64,000 nt of DNA from Catajapyx aquilonaris (lineage: Eukaryota): the NCBI GenBank assembly GCA_000934665.2, contig KZ538438.1:1-64000 (forward strand), written 5' to 3'. Made by a program: the position numbers and the translations under genes. The notes under the pieces are model-generated. The model searched no databases. It was not told where the DNA came from and saw nothing but the letters and a program-made list of their open reading frames with translations. Shown here piece after piece: positions 38,553-52,600 of this stretch (the stretch's first letter is position 1; each line of letters starts with the position of its first letter).

Positions 38553-40942
38553 GTCAGTTGCTTAAACTACTATATGTGTGTGGCTGCCACAGTAACCTGT
38601 AAATTCGCCAATTTGTGCAAAAACACAAACGAGCTCATTCCATCAATTAAAACTGCAATTAATGTATAGGCCTATAGGCCTATCTTAATAGGCAGCAGCG
38701 TGTCCATCGTTCTCGATGTACGTAACGTAGGCCTATATTGTGCCTAAATGCACGGTTTTATGCTGTCAATGACTTATAATAAAATCATTCACAAACATCA
38801 CTCAAGGCCTAAAAGTCTGGCTGCATTCATCGTGTAATAAATTTAGGCCCATATCAGCCTGTTGTCAAAGTCTGGAATAGTCTATTCAAACATGAGTTAT
38901 GAACAAGGAAGTAATTAGCAAGGCCTTCAATATGTCACGGTGTAATTATGTTTGTATAATAGCTTGTATCTTTCTGGTTATCCTGACACTTACGTCAGAG
39001 GAGAAATTATTGATGTAATAAATGAATTCCGATCAGATGCTCTAATAATGACACGATAATAGATTCACGATAACAGATTTTGCTCGATACCTTTTCCGAG
39101 GTCACCTGTGTTTTGTGCACGTGCTGTAATGTATACTCTTGCAAAAAAAATGCAATTGATTTTTCTTATTATCCGCATTTCCTGCAAAATCATGTTCGAA
39201 TACGAATTATGATTATCATTGAGTGCTTTAACGAAACATGTTTTTGGTAAGCTTATGTCGCACGTAAAATTTGTAGTAAAACGTGTTTTAGTGTGCACGT
39301 ATTTGATTGGCAGTTTTATCATATTGCTAATTTCTTCAGTATTGTCATAAATACTGAATATGATTTTGAGTGTATAGGCCTGCAGTGGTGCAGGCGATGT
39401 TGCAATTTCTAGCCCTTAAAGCCCGCAGGTTACATGTTCAGATGATTTTTTCCTCCAGGGCCCCAATTCACCTGTGACAAGAGAACAATGCGTACCAGGT
39501 GAATTATTGCAATGGTCTATCTCAAAATACATAACTACGTGTGCGGTCCTCCGAAGCGAAAAAAATCGAGTGCAGCTTCCGTTACGCAAAAATTATGACA
39601 AACTAAGCCCTGCTGCCGCCGGTCCGCAATTGGCCAAGTCAAGTGGAGATAATTACAGTTCCCATTGTCATTCTTAACAATTTGTTTCCGGGAAGCATAC
39701 ATAGCAGTTCAAACGGCCCCCAACCGCACATTACATATTTCCTATACACGGCTGCCTGTACCCTGAAATTATTTTAAATGAATATTTCCCTGCAGGCCCA
39801 TCCATCGCGTCATGTTTTATTTACTTGGGTTTCGTTAGCGCTGGCGTCCTATACCAGTCCCTGATTGGATTGAACTGCCACCTGTCCCTTCCATAACGGT
39901 TTGGTACTTTATTCACGAGACTGATGGCCTACCATCCGATCGGTTTTGGCCCATCCCCGCGAATAGTAAAAAAAAAAAAAGAGAGCAGAACCAGCAGCCT
40001 CATCCGGCGGCTCCCTTTCGGCTCATTGGCTGACGGAAATCCTGACGGAGCACTGAATAAAACAAATTCGGGTGAAGTTGTGAAGAGGCCGTACAATCTC
40101 GCCTCTTCAATCATTCACCTGTTCATCCGGAGGATAACGTGAGGGGAGGGGCCTTTGCAAAGATCATCCGGATTTAGGGCGCCCATGCAGTTTGCACCGA
40201 ATAATTCCGGCATTAATTGCTAACGGGATTATTTAGAAACATCTGTACACCGACGGAGAAGCAGCGCCTTAAAAGTTTATCACTGTTAAATAACCATTAC
40301 GCAAATGGGGGGGTTGTAAGAGAAGTTGGGGGGAGGTCCTCTATATATTAACAATCTTGTTAACTCGGAGGATCAAATTATACGTCCTAATTGGAATACA
40401 CAGATGTGGCCTACGTTATGTAACTCGATACACGTGCAAACTGTTGGAAGGGGCCAATAATTATTATTATTATTAACTGGTGCAATGTACAAATAATGGC
40501 GCATTTGTGGGGGGGATGCGTTTGTCTTTATGCAATTTTTGCAGTTGTCATTTCGAGGCAGCGCATTGTACCTGGCAGCTGAATTTTGCTTATGAGACTG
40601 GAAAAATCACATGTGCAATTCCATACCGAACCGGACATGTCAATTAATTTAGTAATAACGGAAAAGTAACATTCACAACTCTAAGTTATACAAGTGCTAG
40701 TCAACTATAGTGTGTTGTTTAATGATAGGAAGGCATGTATTGAAACGTAAAATCGTTTACATAACCATTAGGAAGTGTCCTGTAATGTTCATACACATAT
40801 ATTTTGTTGAGTCTATAATTATTTCAAATAAAATAACTGTGCTCCTTCACTGCTGCATCACTCTGGAAGAATTTACTGACAACGCTCAAATGATGCAGCT
40901 GAAACGTACAGGACTGTACACGTACAGGATATAATTTATTTA

Positions 40943-41263
40943 CAGTGGAGTCTCGATTATCCGAAACAATGGGGGGACTGGGGGTGTTCGGATAACTGAT
41001 TTTTCGGGTAACCGAAAAACTGTATATTTTGTATCACAGTCACGTCTTAAAAATACAACCTTACATAAAGTAGTATACATTACACTACATAGACTATACA
41101 TTAAAGTACAGGCCTACAATTTAAGAAAAGAAGTCCAATACATGTATTTTCTTTTGCTTCAGAGCCGAGACTTTTTTTTGCCGCTAAATCTCGCGCGCAA
41201 ATTTGAATTTGGCGACTCGAACGCTTTCGGTTGATCGGTGTTCGGATAATCGAGGCTCCACTG
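40943..41263. mobile_element. pogo/Tigger-type MITE
   Basis: TIRs cagtggagtctcgattatccgaa / ttcggataatcgaggctccactg, TA on both flanks, and internal repeats of ttcggataa. Confidence 0.9.
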
Positions 41264-42232
41264 TAATCAACAAAAACCAAGAACTTGAACATATTTAAAA
41301 ATATTAATTTTGAAGCAAAATTGGATTGGGATTGAGATTATAGCTACAGAGAATAGGCTTCACATCATTCACCTCTGTATAACATTCCTGTAATATCCTT
41401 CTAAGACATATTTATATCGCTTGTGCTATAATATCGAAACACCTTTTAAATCTCAGCAATTCGTCAAATTACATTATTCTGCTTAGAAGTATCTCTGATT
41501 TGAGAAATTGCAACAGTATACAGTACACTTTCTACATACAGTGTCCCTCGCAATATTGGAACTTCCCACAGTGACAGTGCTGGCATGACAACTTACGAAA
41601 TCATTGTCTTGAGAATGCAGCAGACATAACAGATGGCATATATATTCCTGAATGTCGGCATAACAGTGCAGCATGAAAGGCTCATACGTGGTCTATCTCC
41701 CAGGATGATAATGATGGCACCCCTTGACTTGAGACTGAAAGAAGAGGGTCACGTCACGTCTTGGGCCATCGCAAATGCCGCGTCGCAATAAAATCACCTA
41801 ATTGATCTTTAGTGCACTGCAACTTCCCTGTATAGAGCGGTATATTGCTCTTATTTAACACGCAGTGAATACCACGAAAACTAGTGAGCCGCAGTGCGTT
41901 ATTAGTTCACCGGAAATAATTAATCATTCTCAGACATTGTTGTAAAATTCTTTTACATGCGCCTATACATGCATGTGGCAATAGTACATGCCAATATTGT
42001 GTAACACTATAATTATAGAGAACAAGGAAGCTGTGTGTTTTCAGCACCATCATGGAATGCGATGGTATAGGCGTAAATCACCTCGCGCAATTCGTGTAGC
42101 TTATAAACAAATACATTTTCATGATACAGTATATAAGTCCAATAAAAACGTCCAATTAAAGGTCTAATGTGACAATAATATTATGTTGGCTCATTGATTA
42201 ATTGAATGTTGTAAGAGATGTAATACCTATTA

Positions 42233-42579
42233 ATAATAATTCTAATTCTATAATTCTTGGGTAGTGCCTGATCCTACATATAGGGTATGCGGCACGGACC
42301 TTTGTTGTAACTTGTAGTACATATACCATATTTTTGAAATACCCGGGCCCACGGGCAGGATGACAGGAGGGGATGTGCAAGGTGCAGTGCAATGTCTTAA
42401 TGTGGCCATTTTTAGTGATCTCCCCCGGGTGGTTTAGTCTGTGGAAACACCACCCGAGACGAAGCCAGAGGTGACCCTGAACTCTCCACGTGATGAAGGG
42501 GGTGTCCCCGGGCTAGGATCGAACCCGGGACCTTCACATCCGTGGGCGCATACGTTACCGCAGCACCACTCCGCCATAC
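42233..42579 (-). mobile_element. tRNA-derived SINE with TSD
   Basis: Minus-strand head ggcggagtggtgctgcggtaacg...ggtcccgggttcgatcctagcc (A and B boxes). 15-bp TSD atgtaatacctatta (42218) / atgtaatacttatta (42580). AT-rich tail. Confidence 0.85.
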
Positions 42580-45500
42580 ATGTAATACTTATTACAGCAT
42601 GTAAATGAAAGCTATAGGCTTATTAGGGTATACAGTCAAATCGTCTCAAAAACGAACTCAGATAAGAAAATTGTGGAACATTATGAAAAAGAAGTATATA
42701 GAATCAGATTCACTGTGACTCTCATTCATGATTCACCTGAGATTTATCATAAAACCCGGATTGCCATGGAATTCTCTATATATAATCATCCGAGGACTGT
42801 TCATGATGCGAAAATATAATTTTTTATAATACAAAAATCAGCATTACTGTACAGTGCATTACATATTAGGACCTAATCAAAATTGCCTAAACAATGGGAT
42901 TCACATCAAACACAAAATGGCAAAGGTATATGTAGCCATATGACGGCCTGAAATGCACACCTCTCAAGCCACAATTTTGGTCTATATTTAGTTATTAAAT
43001 GTATGAAATAGGGTCTTCTAATCGTCATATAAGTTAAGTTCTCTAATGGAGCATTTACAACTCATATATAAGGAATATGCTTGATATAATATTAAACTCA
43101 TGCAACTAATGCAACTAACCTTGAAACCCTCATATCTTGCCTCTTACCTCAAAATCACTCGCAGTGAGGGTGACTCTGATAAAGTCAATTACACACGTAT
43201 ACATATATAGAGAGGAGATATGGACAAAAGCAGTTAACTCAATCTGACTGATTCCCATAAAGACCTTCAATTACCCTTTTAGTACAGGTCAAATTACCCC
43301 TAGAGACAGCAGTACACATGTACGCCGCTTCCGTCATCAATCACTTCACAAACGAGATGAGTAAGCCCGTTTTATTACGCATCAGCAGCATGTAAGACCA
43401 ACCGTCGGTTTTGGACCACCCTGCACGTATCATCTGCAAAGCTTGCAATTCAGGCCGGCATATTGACTTGTTACGCAACCAAATGCCACACATTACAACT
43501 GTGATATCATGTGCAATCGTTCTCCTCGTGCATGTTTGCCGGAAAATTGGTAAATGACACAGGGGCACGGCCACAACAGAGCTTTCGGAGAAAAGAAAGG
43601 AAGTCTACTTAAGCTTATGACTGAATAATATCGCACGCGCTACTTGTCCCAAACCCACCAATTTCGCGGATTGTCAATAATTCACTGGGGGAAAAAAAAT
43701 CCCCGGGCTTTGGACTGCTGTTGGGGGTGTATAAGACACACTTATTGAGTCTTCCATGACAAGACCTGCTGCTCGAAAAAGTTTTGTGTGCGCATTTTTT
43801 GAGTATTAGGTCGATTGGGACGAAAAGTTGAGCTTGATAAATTACAAATTAGGCTGTACGAGGACGTCTTACCTCCCGCTCTTTATTAGCTAGTACAATT
43901 AGCACCTTAAGTGACACTCCAATCGGCCGTTTCGACCACCTAAATAAAATCCCCAGGAGCAATCATGACTAATTTCCCTCTATGTCATCATGCTAAGTGG
44001 TCCTCCTGCTGCCTGCCTGCCACAACTCGTAAATGGATTAACGGAACCTCTTCCACATTGTTACGATTAAAAAGCCTCCACCATCTGCGAATTTACTTGC
44101 CGCGAGCTACGTGTCAAACGGTTTCTAATTAATAAAAAAAATGGCGGCGGAGGCAGGCGAGCTGGCAATTTCTGCAAGGCATCAAGCCCCGATGCAATTA
44201 TGAACGTCTCTAAAATTTGCAAGGGAGTCGGGTCCTTTTGGCGTGCAAAATCTAGTTACAAAGGAGTTATGTAGAAATGATGCGAGGGGGCTTGATTTGT
44301 ACTCGCGGATGATTCCGCGCGACACGACCGATTATTTGGGGGCGCGGCAGATTAATTTTACGCCGGGCGATCAATTATGCGCAACAATTAATTTTCACGT
44401 AGTAATTATCGGAGATGATGCCAGAATTGGATGTTTACATCCCGCAGGTTCATCGGCCATAAATGATTGGGGGGACATCTGCTTTTTTTTTCAACTGCTT
44501 GTACTTGAAAATTATGCAGCGCATACTGTAACATGGATTGTGGTTGCTGTGTTGCAGCTTGCAACACGTGCTGTGAAAGCAAACCAAAGAGTGTGCATGG
44601 CAACACACATGGTCAGCTAACTTTAGATATCTGTGCAGGAATATAGTTCACCGAGTCACCAATTTGAAATTTATTATATCGCACCATGTGATCAGATAAT
44701 AATTATTAAAATGACAAAAAGGGATACACAATCATTATTCGTTTTAAAAATACCATTAAATTGTAAGCAGTGAAGTGTAAGTTATTTAACTTTTTAAAAA
44801 ACTCCCCCTTATAAAGTACTGATAGAAACACAGAAATTAGTTCTGTAACATATTTTTGCTGACAAGTGAGACATGAACTAGGACGATGTTACACGCAATG
44901 GTGAATGAGCATGACCTCTACTTAGGCCCATCACGTGACGATCCGTCACGTAACGTCGACCTTTATTTGACCACCCCACCCGTGACGTTCCTCAATGAGT
45001 GGCCTCGTCCTGGTCTATTAACTATTCTTAATTTTGCAGGGTGTTAATTGATTAGCTGTCAGATCATGTTGCGTCCATTGGAAGCATTGACTGAATCATA
45101 AAGCAGCCATTACATGGCTTTTCAGCAATTACCGATTGCCTATGCTTGTATAGGGCTATTTTATACAACATGTGTATATTGTAACACTTGATCGTTCTTG
45201 TAAAAAATGTGGCAGGATTATTTTCCGCTAGATTAATTTCACGTGCTTACATTATGGCCATGGACGTGCTGGAATCCCAGGGTGACGACCGCTTTAACAC
45301 AGCATGGTAAACACTGATATCGCCGTATAGCAGGGTTGTTTATGCAAAAGCACTTTCGCTGTCTTCTCTCAACTGGACATTGACCATACACGGCATAAGC
45401 CTCTGATGACCGTTGAGGTGGAAAACGGGATATGAAGTGGTCTTGAGAGGCCATCTTGGGCAACTACATTCATCACTAATACCGATAACACCATGTGATA

Positions 45501-48500
45501 ACCTTACAAGTCGTATAGTAAAAAAGGCGCATAATGAATGAGACATTCATAACATTAATAATGTAATATCTGCAACTGTTTTATATTACACAGAACCTGC
45601 AATATCTCTTATCCAAGCATTTCATTTAAAATAGCCACATTATTTTAAGCCCGTAATACTTTTCATTTATGCATATTTAAAAAAGGTATAGGCTATACTT
45701 CGTGGTCTTTACATTGTGCGGAAGTTGATGATCCTATAAAATAATTAATGGATCACTATTATAACCGTAAGCCTATAAATAAAGTTGGTGGCATGCAAAA
45801 AAGGTAAAGGAAGGATGGAAAGGTCAATTGGCTGATTACTTTGTACCATAATTATTGTTGTGCTATAATCGCAAGGCCACTCGAATCTGAGCTAATTACT
45901 GTTTGCGCATATACTCAAGCAACGCCTGAGGCAGCGCCCTGTTGATCGAGCTTAGTGATTCACTAAATAGTGCAGGTCTATACATGTACGCCCAACATTA
46001 ACGTGCCCGACTATTTCAAATAGCCTACAGACAGCCCACTGATAAACCGAATTACAAATTAATATTGGCCTCAATAATTATGTACTAACAGCATGCAGAC
46101 AACAACAACTAAATTATCGGTGCCAACACTGCTGTGCTCGAAGAAATAAACAAGCACTTTTCATTGATGATGAATATATAGACATATGTTTGTACAAGAT
46201 TGTCATATTTTTACTCGCCATTATACAGTGGCCTGATGAAACGCATATTTTCAAGTTATACAGTATATGTTTCAGTAGTTCAAATAAATTTTCAGTGATT
46301 TGCTTTTTTGTTGAATTGGGCACAGCATTTTCATCGTAAAAGGTAAATTACGCGTACACTTTTTCGCAGGTGAGTAAACTGCGTGGTCCATATTTACCCG
46401 GCTGCGGAATATATAAAGGAAGGATGTGGGTTTATATAAGGGTCGTAACACGGTTGTGTGTATAGGAGAGATTCCACGTCTGGTAGGAAACTCATTTGGG
46501 ACGTGTTTCACGTCAGAAGCGAGTCAGCGGCTGGCGAAAATTCATAAAGTAACAGTCAGGTAGCGAGTTCCAAATCCTCTTATAAAGGCGGGACTGCTTC
46601 ATATTATATCCTTGCATCTAAAAGGAGGAAGATGCTGGCTATAACAATTGTTATTTTTATGTGACTGAAATATTCAATATTTCGAGACAGAGAAAATAGG
46701 TTTTCCGCAATCAATATAACTGCTCCAAATCTGATCAGAAGAATTAAAATCACCTACAGCTTATATCCCAGGGTTGATGCCAGTTTTGCTCAATTTATCA
46801 CGAAAGGTATACTACAGTATCAGCTGTATTATAGTATTACATACACTTTCTCGTAAGAAGTACAGGTGAAAGTGTCCGGGGATTATGCCTATGGTATATG
46901 CGTCCTTGCGTGTGAAGGATTGTGATTGAATGTCACCTAGGGAACTACCTCGTATTTGAAAAAAAATATCGATCAATCACCTCTTATATTGTGTATAGCA
47001 AAAAACGAAAAATGAATCAGAAAGTGCTATGCAGCTTAATAATCTGAGTAAATAATTCGGGCACTTAATCTGATAAATATAAGGAAAAAAAGTGTGTGAG
47101 CTTTTATCTTCTTTTACAAGGCACTATTACAAGTGCGGCCATGAATTGAAACGATTTAAGAAAATCACCGCGAACATTGTTCTGTGCAGACACAGCCAAT
47201 TAGGAATTGCCCGCTGCGGCCATGTTTAATTGGAAAAGCTCAGCTGCTGACTGCATCCGCATGGAATGCATTCTGGAAACAAAACCCTCATCTCATGCAG
47301 CTAATCTTCTCTTTTCCTCCCCAGTTGTTATCCCCCACTGGCAAAGAGCCGATTAAACCATGAGCAGACAGGCTCCCTTCTTCGTCCCCTCCTCCCCTGC
47401 TGCTCTCGTCTAATTCGCGTGCTCCTTCACTATTACCTCCAGCTTTGTTTCTGTAAGTTGTTACCGGGAATGAAAGCAGGACTATCGAGATGTGTCTTGG
47501 GCTAAAGGGAAAGTCACGCAAAGAGACCCTGGAATGGCACTTGGGAAGCGAATTAACGATCGTTTTGTACCCACCGCTCAGTATTGGAATTAAGTTCTTC
47601 TATACTATAAGTGTTTGAGGGGAGAGCAGCACAGCACGGGAGAGGGGTGATGTTGGGAGGGTTAGAGTGATAAATTATGTTTATGTTCACACAACCCCCC
47701 CACATATAGTAGCAGAGAGGGGGGGGGGCTGTTGATGCAGTGCTATTTCGCCATCAGTGTAATTGACATATTGCTCAAATATTGACCTCCTCATTGGCTC
47801 TCTCTACTCGGTTGCTCTTGGATTAATCCGTTATTTATTGTGGCTAAATGCGTTTCGGATATGTGTCGGCGGAGTCCAAATTACAGGTAACTAGGCCCGG
47901 AGTATTTCATCATTCATTTTCTAGTCCCCGGGATTTTTTGTGTGTGTATATGTGAGTATCGACTGTTCTGCATGTGACGGGGAGTATATAGTATATTTCG
48001 TCTCGCTTGATAAATCTACGAGTCGCATGCTGAGACCCTGTCATTGGTCACAAAGTATGTGTGTATAGGATGTGAATAAGGAGAAGGTTTGGAGGGGGAA
48101 GGTTGGGGAGAGGGTGAAAGGACGCAATAAAAGGAATGAAAGACTATCAGGTAAACAAGTGTGACGTGCATTGGTGATACAGTCCTCATATTGTCCTTCA
48201 AAGGGAATTCATGATAATCGATCATTCGCACACATGATATCACCTTGACGTCGCTGATTATTTACAGCCTCATAATATACGCGGCTCAAAAACGAGTCAG
48301 CTTCCCATGTTTGAAAGTCATGCACATATATAAAAGCGTGTACACCCATAAATTTTCATGGTCAAATTCTTTCCAGATGACATGACATTTGGCGCGGAAA
48401 CATTGTCCGTAATTGCCTCAAGGTGTCTCGCAATATTTATCCAACTGCACTTGCGCAGCTAATTGCATATATAGACACGATCGTATGTAATTATGGTGTT

Positions 48501-49390
48501 TGGCTGCTAAGGTGTTGGATTTTGTGTGCAAATATGTAAGTGTTAAACACCGCTTTTGCACCAGTGATTTAATGTCAAGTGACAACAACGATTAAACTCA
48601 CAAACTTTTCTGAATTCCACCTCATCATAATAGGCGATGATCGTGACATATTTTCAATGTATGATAACAGGGAAAATTGCATAAAGGAATGAAACAGTGC
48701 GATGCTTGACATTCAATAGCCTTATATTTATGCACGTATTACTCACAAGTTAGACGAGTACTCAGCCATGTGCGATTACATAAGTGAGCATCATCACATG
48801 ACCTCTGGCAAACAAACCTGCCTCGTAAATCTACAGAACTTCAAACTTTGCATATATATACAAACTTACAATTACGTGAGTCATTTTTCGCAGTTTTATC
48901 TTTATGGTCACTCGTCAGTGTATTAACATAACGTGTCATCACATCAGTATATACACACACACCTCCTTAGAACCACTGATTTCCTGACTGTTGCTATTAT
49001 CTTCACCTATAATCGCAGTGTTGTAACAGTCATCATTACAAAGTTTCTCCACATAAGCGGAAATATGTCTCCTGCATGGTACAATGACCTTATGGACAGC
49101 ATTTTTTTAAAAAAACTTGCACCTACACTTAATAAAAGGGAACTTTTCATCTTATCCGCTGTGAATTATTATGACTTAAAACGACCCGAAGGCATGGAAT
49201 TGCCGTCCATAAACCTCAACAGTTTTCCAGATGGATAGGCCAGATTACTCCCCATTCCATTTGTTATATGCTGCCTTATTACAAAGGGCGCGACACGTGG
49301 AACGTGGCAACAACATTGCCCTGGCAATTATCACTTTTACCCCCCTCGCAACCACCCTCTTTCGACCTTCCCCACACACTTCATATTATA

Positions 49391-49668
49391 CAGGGTGGGA
49401 CAAAATGTGCGCACATCTCACATAGCGTTTAATTCTGAAAATTTTTGATTCAATTACATGCAGAAATATTCGCTCTCATTGCAAAATACAAGGCTGATAT
49501 TATTACGCGTGCAGCCTGTTTGTTTTTATTTTTAATGTCTAAATTGATGAAATAACTTATTTAACCTCTGTTCCCCGCTTCCCCCTTTTTGTGTATGTAA
49601 ACTTTTTTTAAAAGATGTCACCGTCAGATTAGCGTTGTTGACTTTGTTTGCGTAAACTGTCCACCCTG
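49391..49668. mobile_element. Degenerate mariner-like MITE
   Basis: ta|cagggtgggaca ... tgtccaccctg|tg; the right-hand TA is mutated. Confidence 0.55.
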
Positions 49669-52600
49669 TGCAATTTTGCGGGAATGACGAATCAGGGACG
49701 GGGAAGCAGTAATAATGCATCGATAGGGCGGGGACGGAAGCAACAATTATTACGCGTGATTAGAGGGCACGTAAAGGGTATACCATAATGGCTGCCCCCC
49801 TTGTTTCCGAGCTAGCCGCCATTTTTTTATCGTGCGTTTTATGCGTCTCGTAACGCGTGTCAGCCAGTAACGGTTGGAAGAACTTATATATAAAATACGC
49901 ATGAACGCAGGCAAACAACAGAATTAAAGTTTTCTTTCAAAAATCGCTCAAATTGTTCAAAAAAAAATCGCTCACACTTTTGGTGCAGAATTTATTTTAG
50001 AGGCACTTCGAAAAAGACGTAACCACTTCAATTGCGGAACACAGTGGCCTTTGTAAACCTGTCAATATATATGTGCTGGCCAAATGTGTGGGTGGGCTTC
50101 CATTTTGAAAATGTAACCAAGTTTAAACGAAATAATTGCGAAAAAGGCCCACTCGACACTTATGCAGATTGAGTGCTCTCAGGATTCGGCTTCCTCCTGG
50201 ATCTCCAGCGATGACCCTCGATTTTCCTGGATAGTCCTTCCAGCGCAGGAAAAGCTCTTCTTCCTTTTCTTCCCCCCCTATACCCTTTTCCAGCACTCCC
50301 TCCCCCATCACCCCCCGCCCTTATGTCCCCTTGTCGGAAATGACGCTGATGAAGAAATATAAGGCACTCATGGAAAGTGGCATGGTCCTGTAATGGAGGT
50401 AATTGCACACAATTTGAGGGAAAGTCTGGGTTCCAAAGGCGTGGGCTGCTCCTAAATGAATTGACGGGCGCCACAAGCAGCTTCTTTTCTGCCTCGTATT
50501 TTCGTTTTTTTTTTTCCTCTCTGCAAAAACTTCCTATACTCTGCGGGTCCCTTTTACTTCCTTGCTCCTCTTCTCCTTGCGCTGGCTGTAGCCATGAAGT
50601 GAGTATTAATAACTGCCATGGGTCCTGTGAGATTGCGACTTTGTGGCAGGGCTGAGAAGGCAGCGGCGCGCGCTTGTTACAATAACCGAGAAGCCTTGCA
50701 CTTTTTTGGACCAAAAAAAAACCCAACTCTGGAGCCCCCCAACCCCTAGGATATAGTCTTTTACCACAGCACATCGGCATTATTGCTTATGCATATTTGA
50801 ACATCTGTTAGGGTTATCCCGGGGCCCCCTCCCCTATGAATATGGAAAGAGGTAGGCCCTGTTTCGCTCCGCACATGGCACGTTTATGAAAAGTGGGAAA
50901 TTCAATTTGCGAATTCCCCGGTGCCTTATGAATGATACCTCAATCCAAAGCCGTGCTGTTCCATCTCGTAAAATGGAATGCAGATACTCTGCAATTTGAC
51001 CATATTCGTACCAGGGGAGTCGGACGCGGGGGAAATAAGATGCCAGTCTATGAATTTCCAAACATAGCAGCAGCATACTGCTGCAGGAGCATCAAGCGCC
51101 GGCGCTCTTGCTTGTGTTTCATGTGGCTTTTTTTCCCCCTTTTGCGGTTCCTGCACATTGTTGCCACGGTTCAGGCTGAAAAATGTGGCTCAAAAAAGGT
51201 AATGAATCTTCAAATCGAGTTTGGTTCGTAATTAACAACGATGCACTATTAGCCGCCTTTCAACCGCTGATTTTATTATTTTATCATTGCTGTTTGGGAT
51301 CGCGCATTCTCTTTTATCTCGCTCAGGCCCCTTTTCAAACCCAATTCCTGCGAGGCACCGAATCACTGTTATGGCAACCCCGCTCTCTTCATGGGTTATC
51401 CGCCGTGTAAATCAGACTTTTATTTTGACAGACTGAAGTGACCCGGAGAGGGGACTGTCAAAAATCGCGGTAGAAAAGTATAGGGGAATATATAAATATA
51501 TATTCGGCGATGCCGGCCTCACCTTTTCTGGGAGCCAGAAACGCAAAAATATGGCGCGATTATAGTGACTGAATCAGTACTCAGCAGGGAGCCATACCGT
51601 ACAATGTAAATGACCCCACATATAAGTCTACAGGGATCTGGCCCCGCGGAGTTTATTTCGCCAGCTTTTATCCCGTAGCCTTTTTTGGGGCCAACCGCAA
51701 GGGATGTTAACATACAGCGGGATGGGTCCAATAAAATTAATGAACTTGATACACGTGTTGGCTGGTGCTGCCGACGAGCTCACCTAACTAATACTATACC
51801 GGGTGGTACCTGCCGCTTGCGCAGGTAGTTTAAAATGGAAGGGGGGGGGGGATGGAAAAAGGTCAGAATAACATCTGCTGCTTGCCGGAGCAGCCTCGTC
51901 TCTTGTAATGTGATGATTTGGGGTGGGCTCTTTGGCCCCGGGGCTGAATCACACCAGGCTTATCTTAATGAGGGTGTTATCCGACGGCTAATTTTCTTAT
52001 CGCCTTACGTTGTTTTAGGGCGTTTTTAGGCTTCTTGGGAGTCGGAATAAATTACTTGGTGCAGTTGGGCATTGGAAGGTGTTGATTAAAAAATGTGGGG
52101 CTGGTGTGATTGTGAGCTGCATAACCTATACAAGTTATACATGGGGGCGAAGTTTGGATCGTAAAAATTTTGAAAATGTCCTAAAACGTCCATAAATGGT
52201 ACCACGCAGAATTATTTTGGCTATGATGTAATGAGATACGCACGATGCACATGATGATGTGACTCAGTTGTGGTGACGCGAGAAAAGGTAACAACAGCCT
52301 ACATATATCCTGCAGTCCGGGTTATATCCTGTAACAATAACTCTGACAGTAAACGTTTCTGAATTACAGGTTTCGCAATCAGCTATCCGGATATTATGTG
52401 CAATACATTTATGCAATGATCGTGAGTATATGAGGTCTCTGCAAAAAAAAAAGGAAGGGAGAGAAATTGCACAAGAAAAACTATTTTAATTGTGACCTGT
52501 GGCCAACCAGGAAGCGGCGAATCCATTTTATGCGGGTTATTTCTGCACTGTACGATATTACGGTGATGGTGTCGGAAATAACACACCAGGCATGACTTAT

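Noticed and set aside
38553..38602. ORF extension GQLLKLLYVCGCHSNL after KDRLT
   Set aside because: Read-through into intron 1 past a good GTCAGT donor at the family-conserved position.
42500..42575. tRNA-like A/B boxes as a tRNA gene
   Set aside because: Continues into a ~270-bp body, tail and TSD, so it is a SINE head; no clean cloverleaf or terminator.
44870..45015. Possible Harbinger-like MITE remnant with cacgtgacg/cgtcacg repeats
   Set aside because: Termini too degenerate to call.
50160..50780. 206-aa minus-strand ORF in intron 1
   Set aside because: No recognisable homology or coding-like composition; chance ORF in a GC-rich patch.
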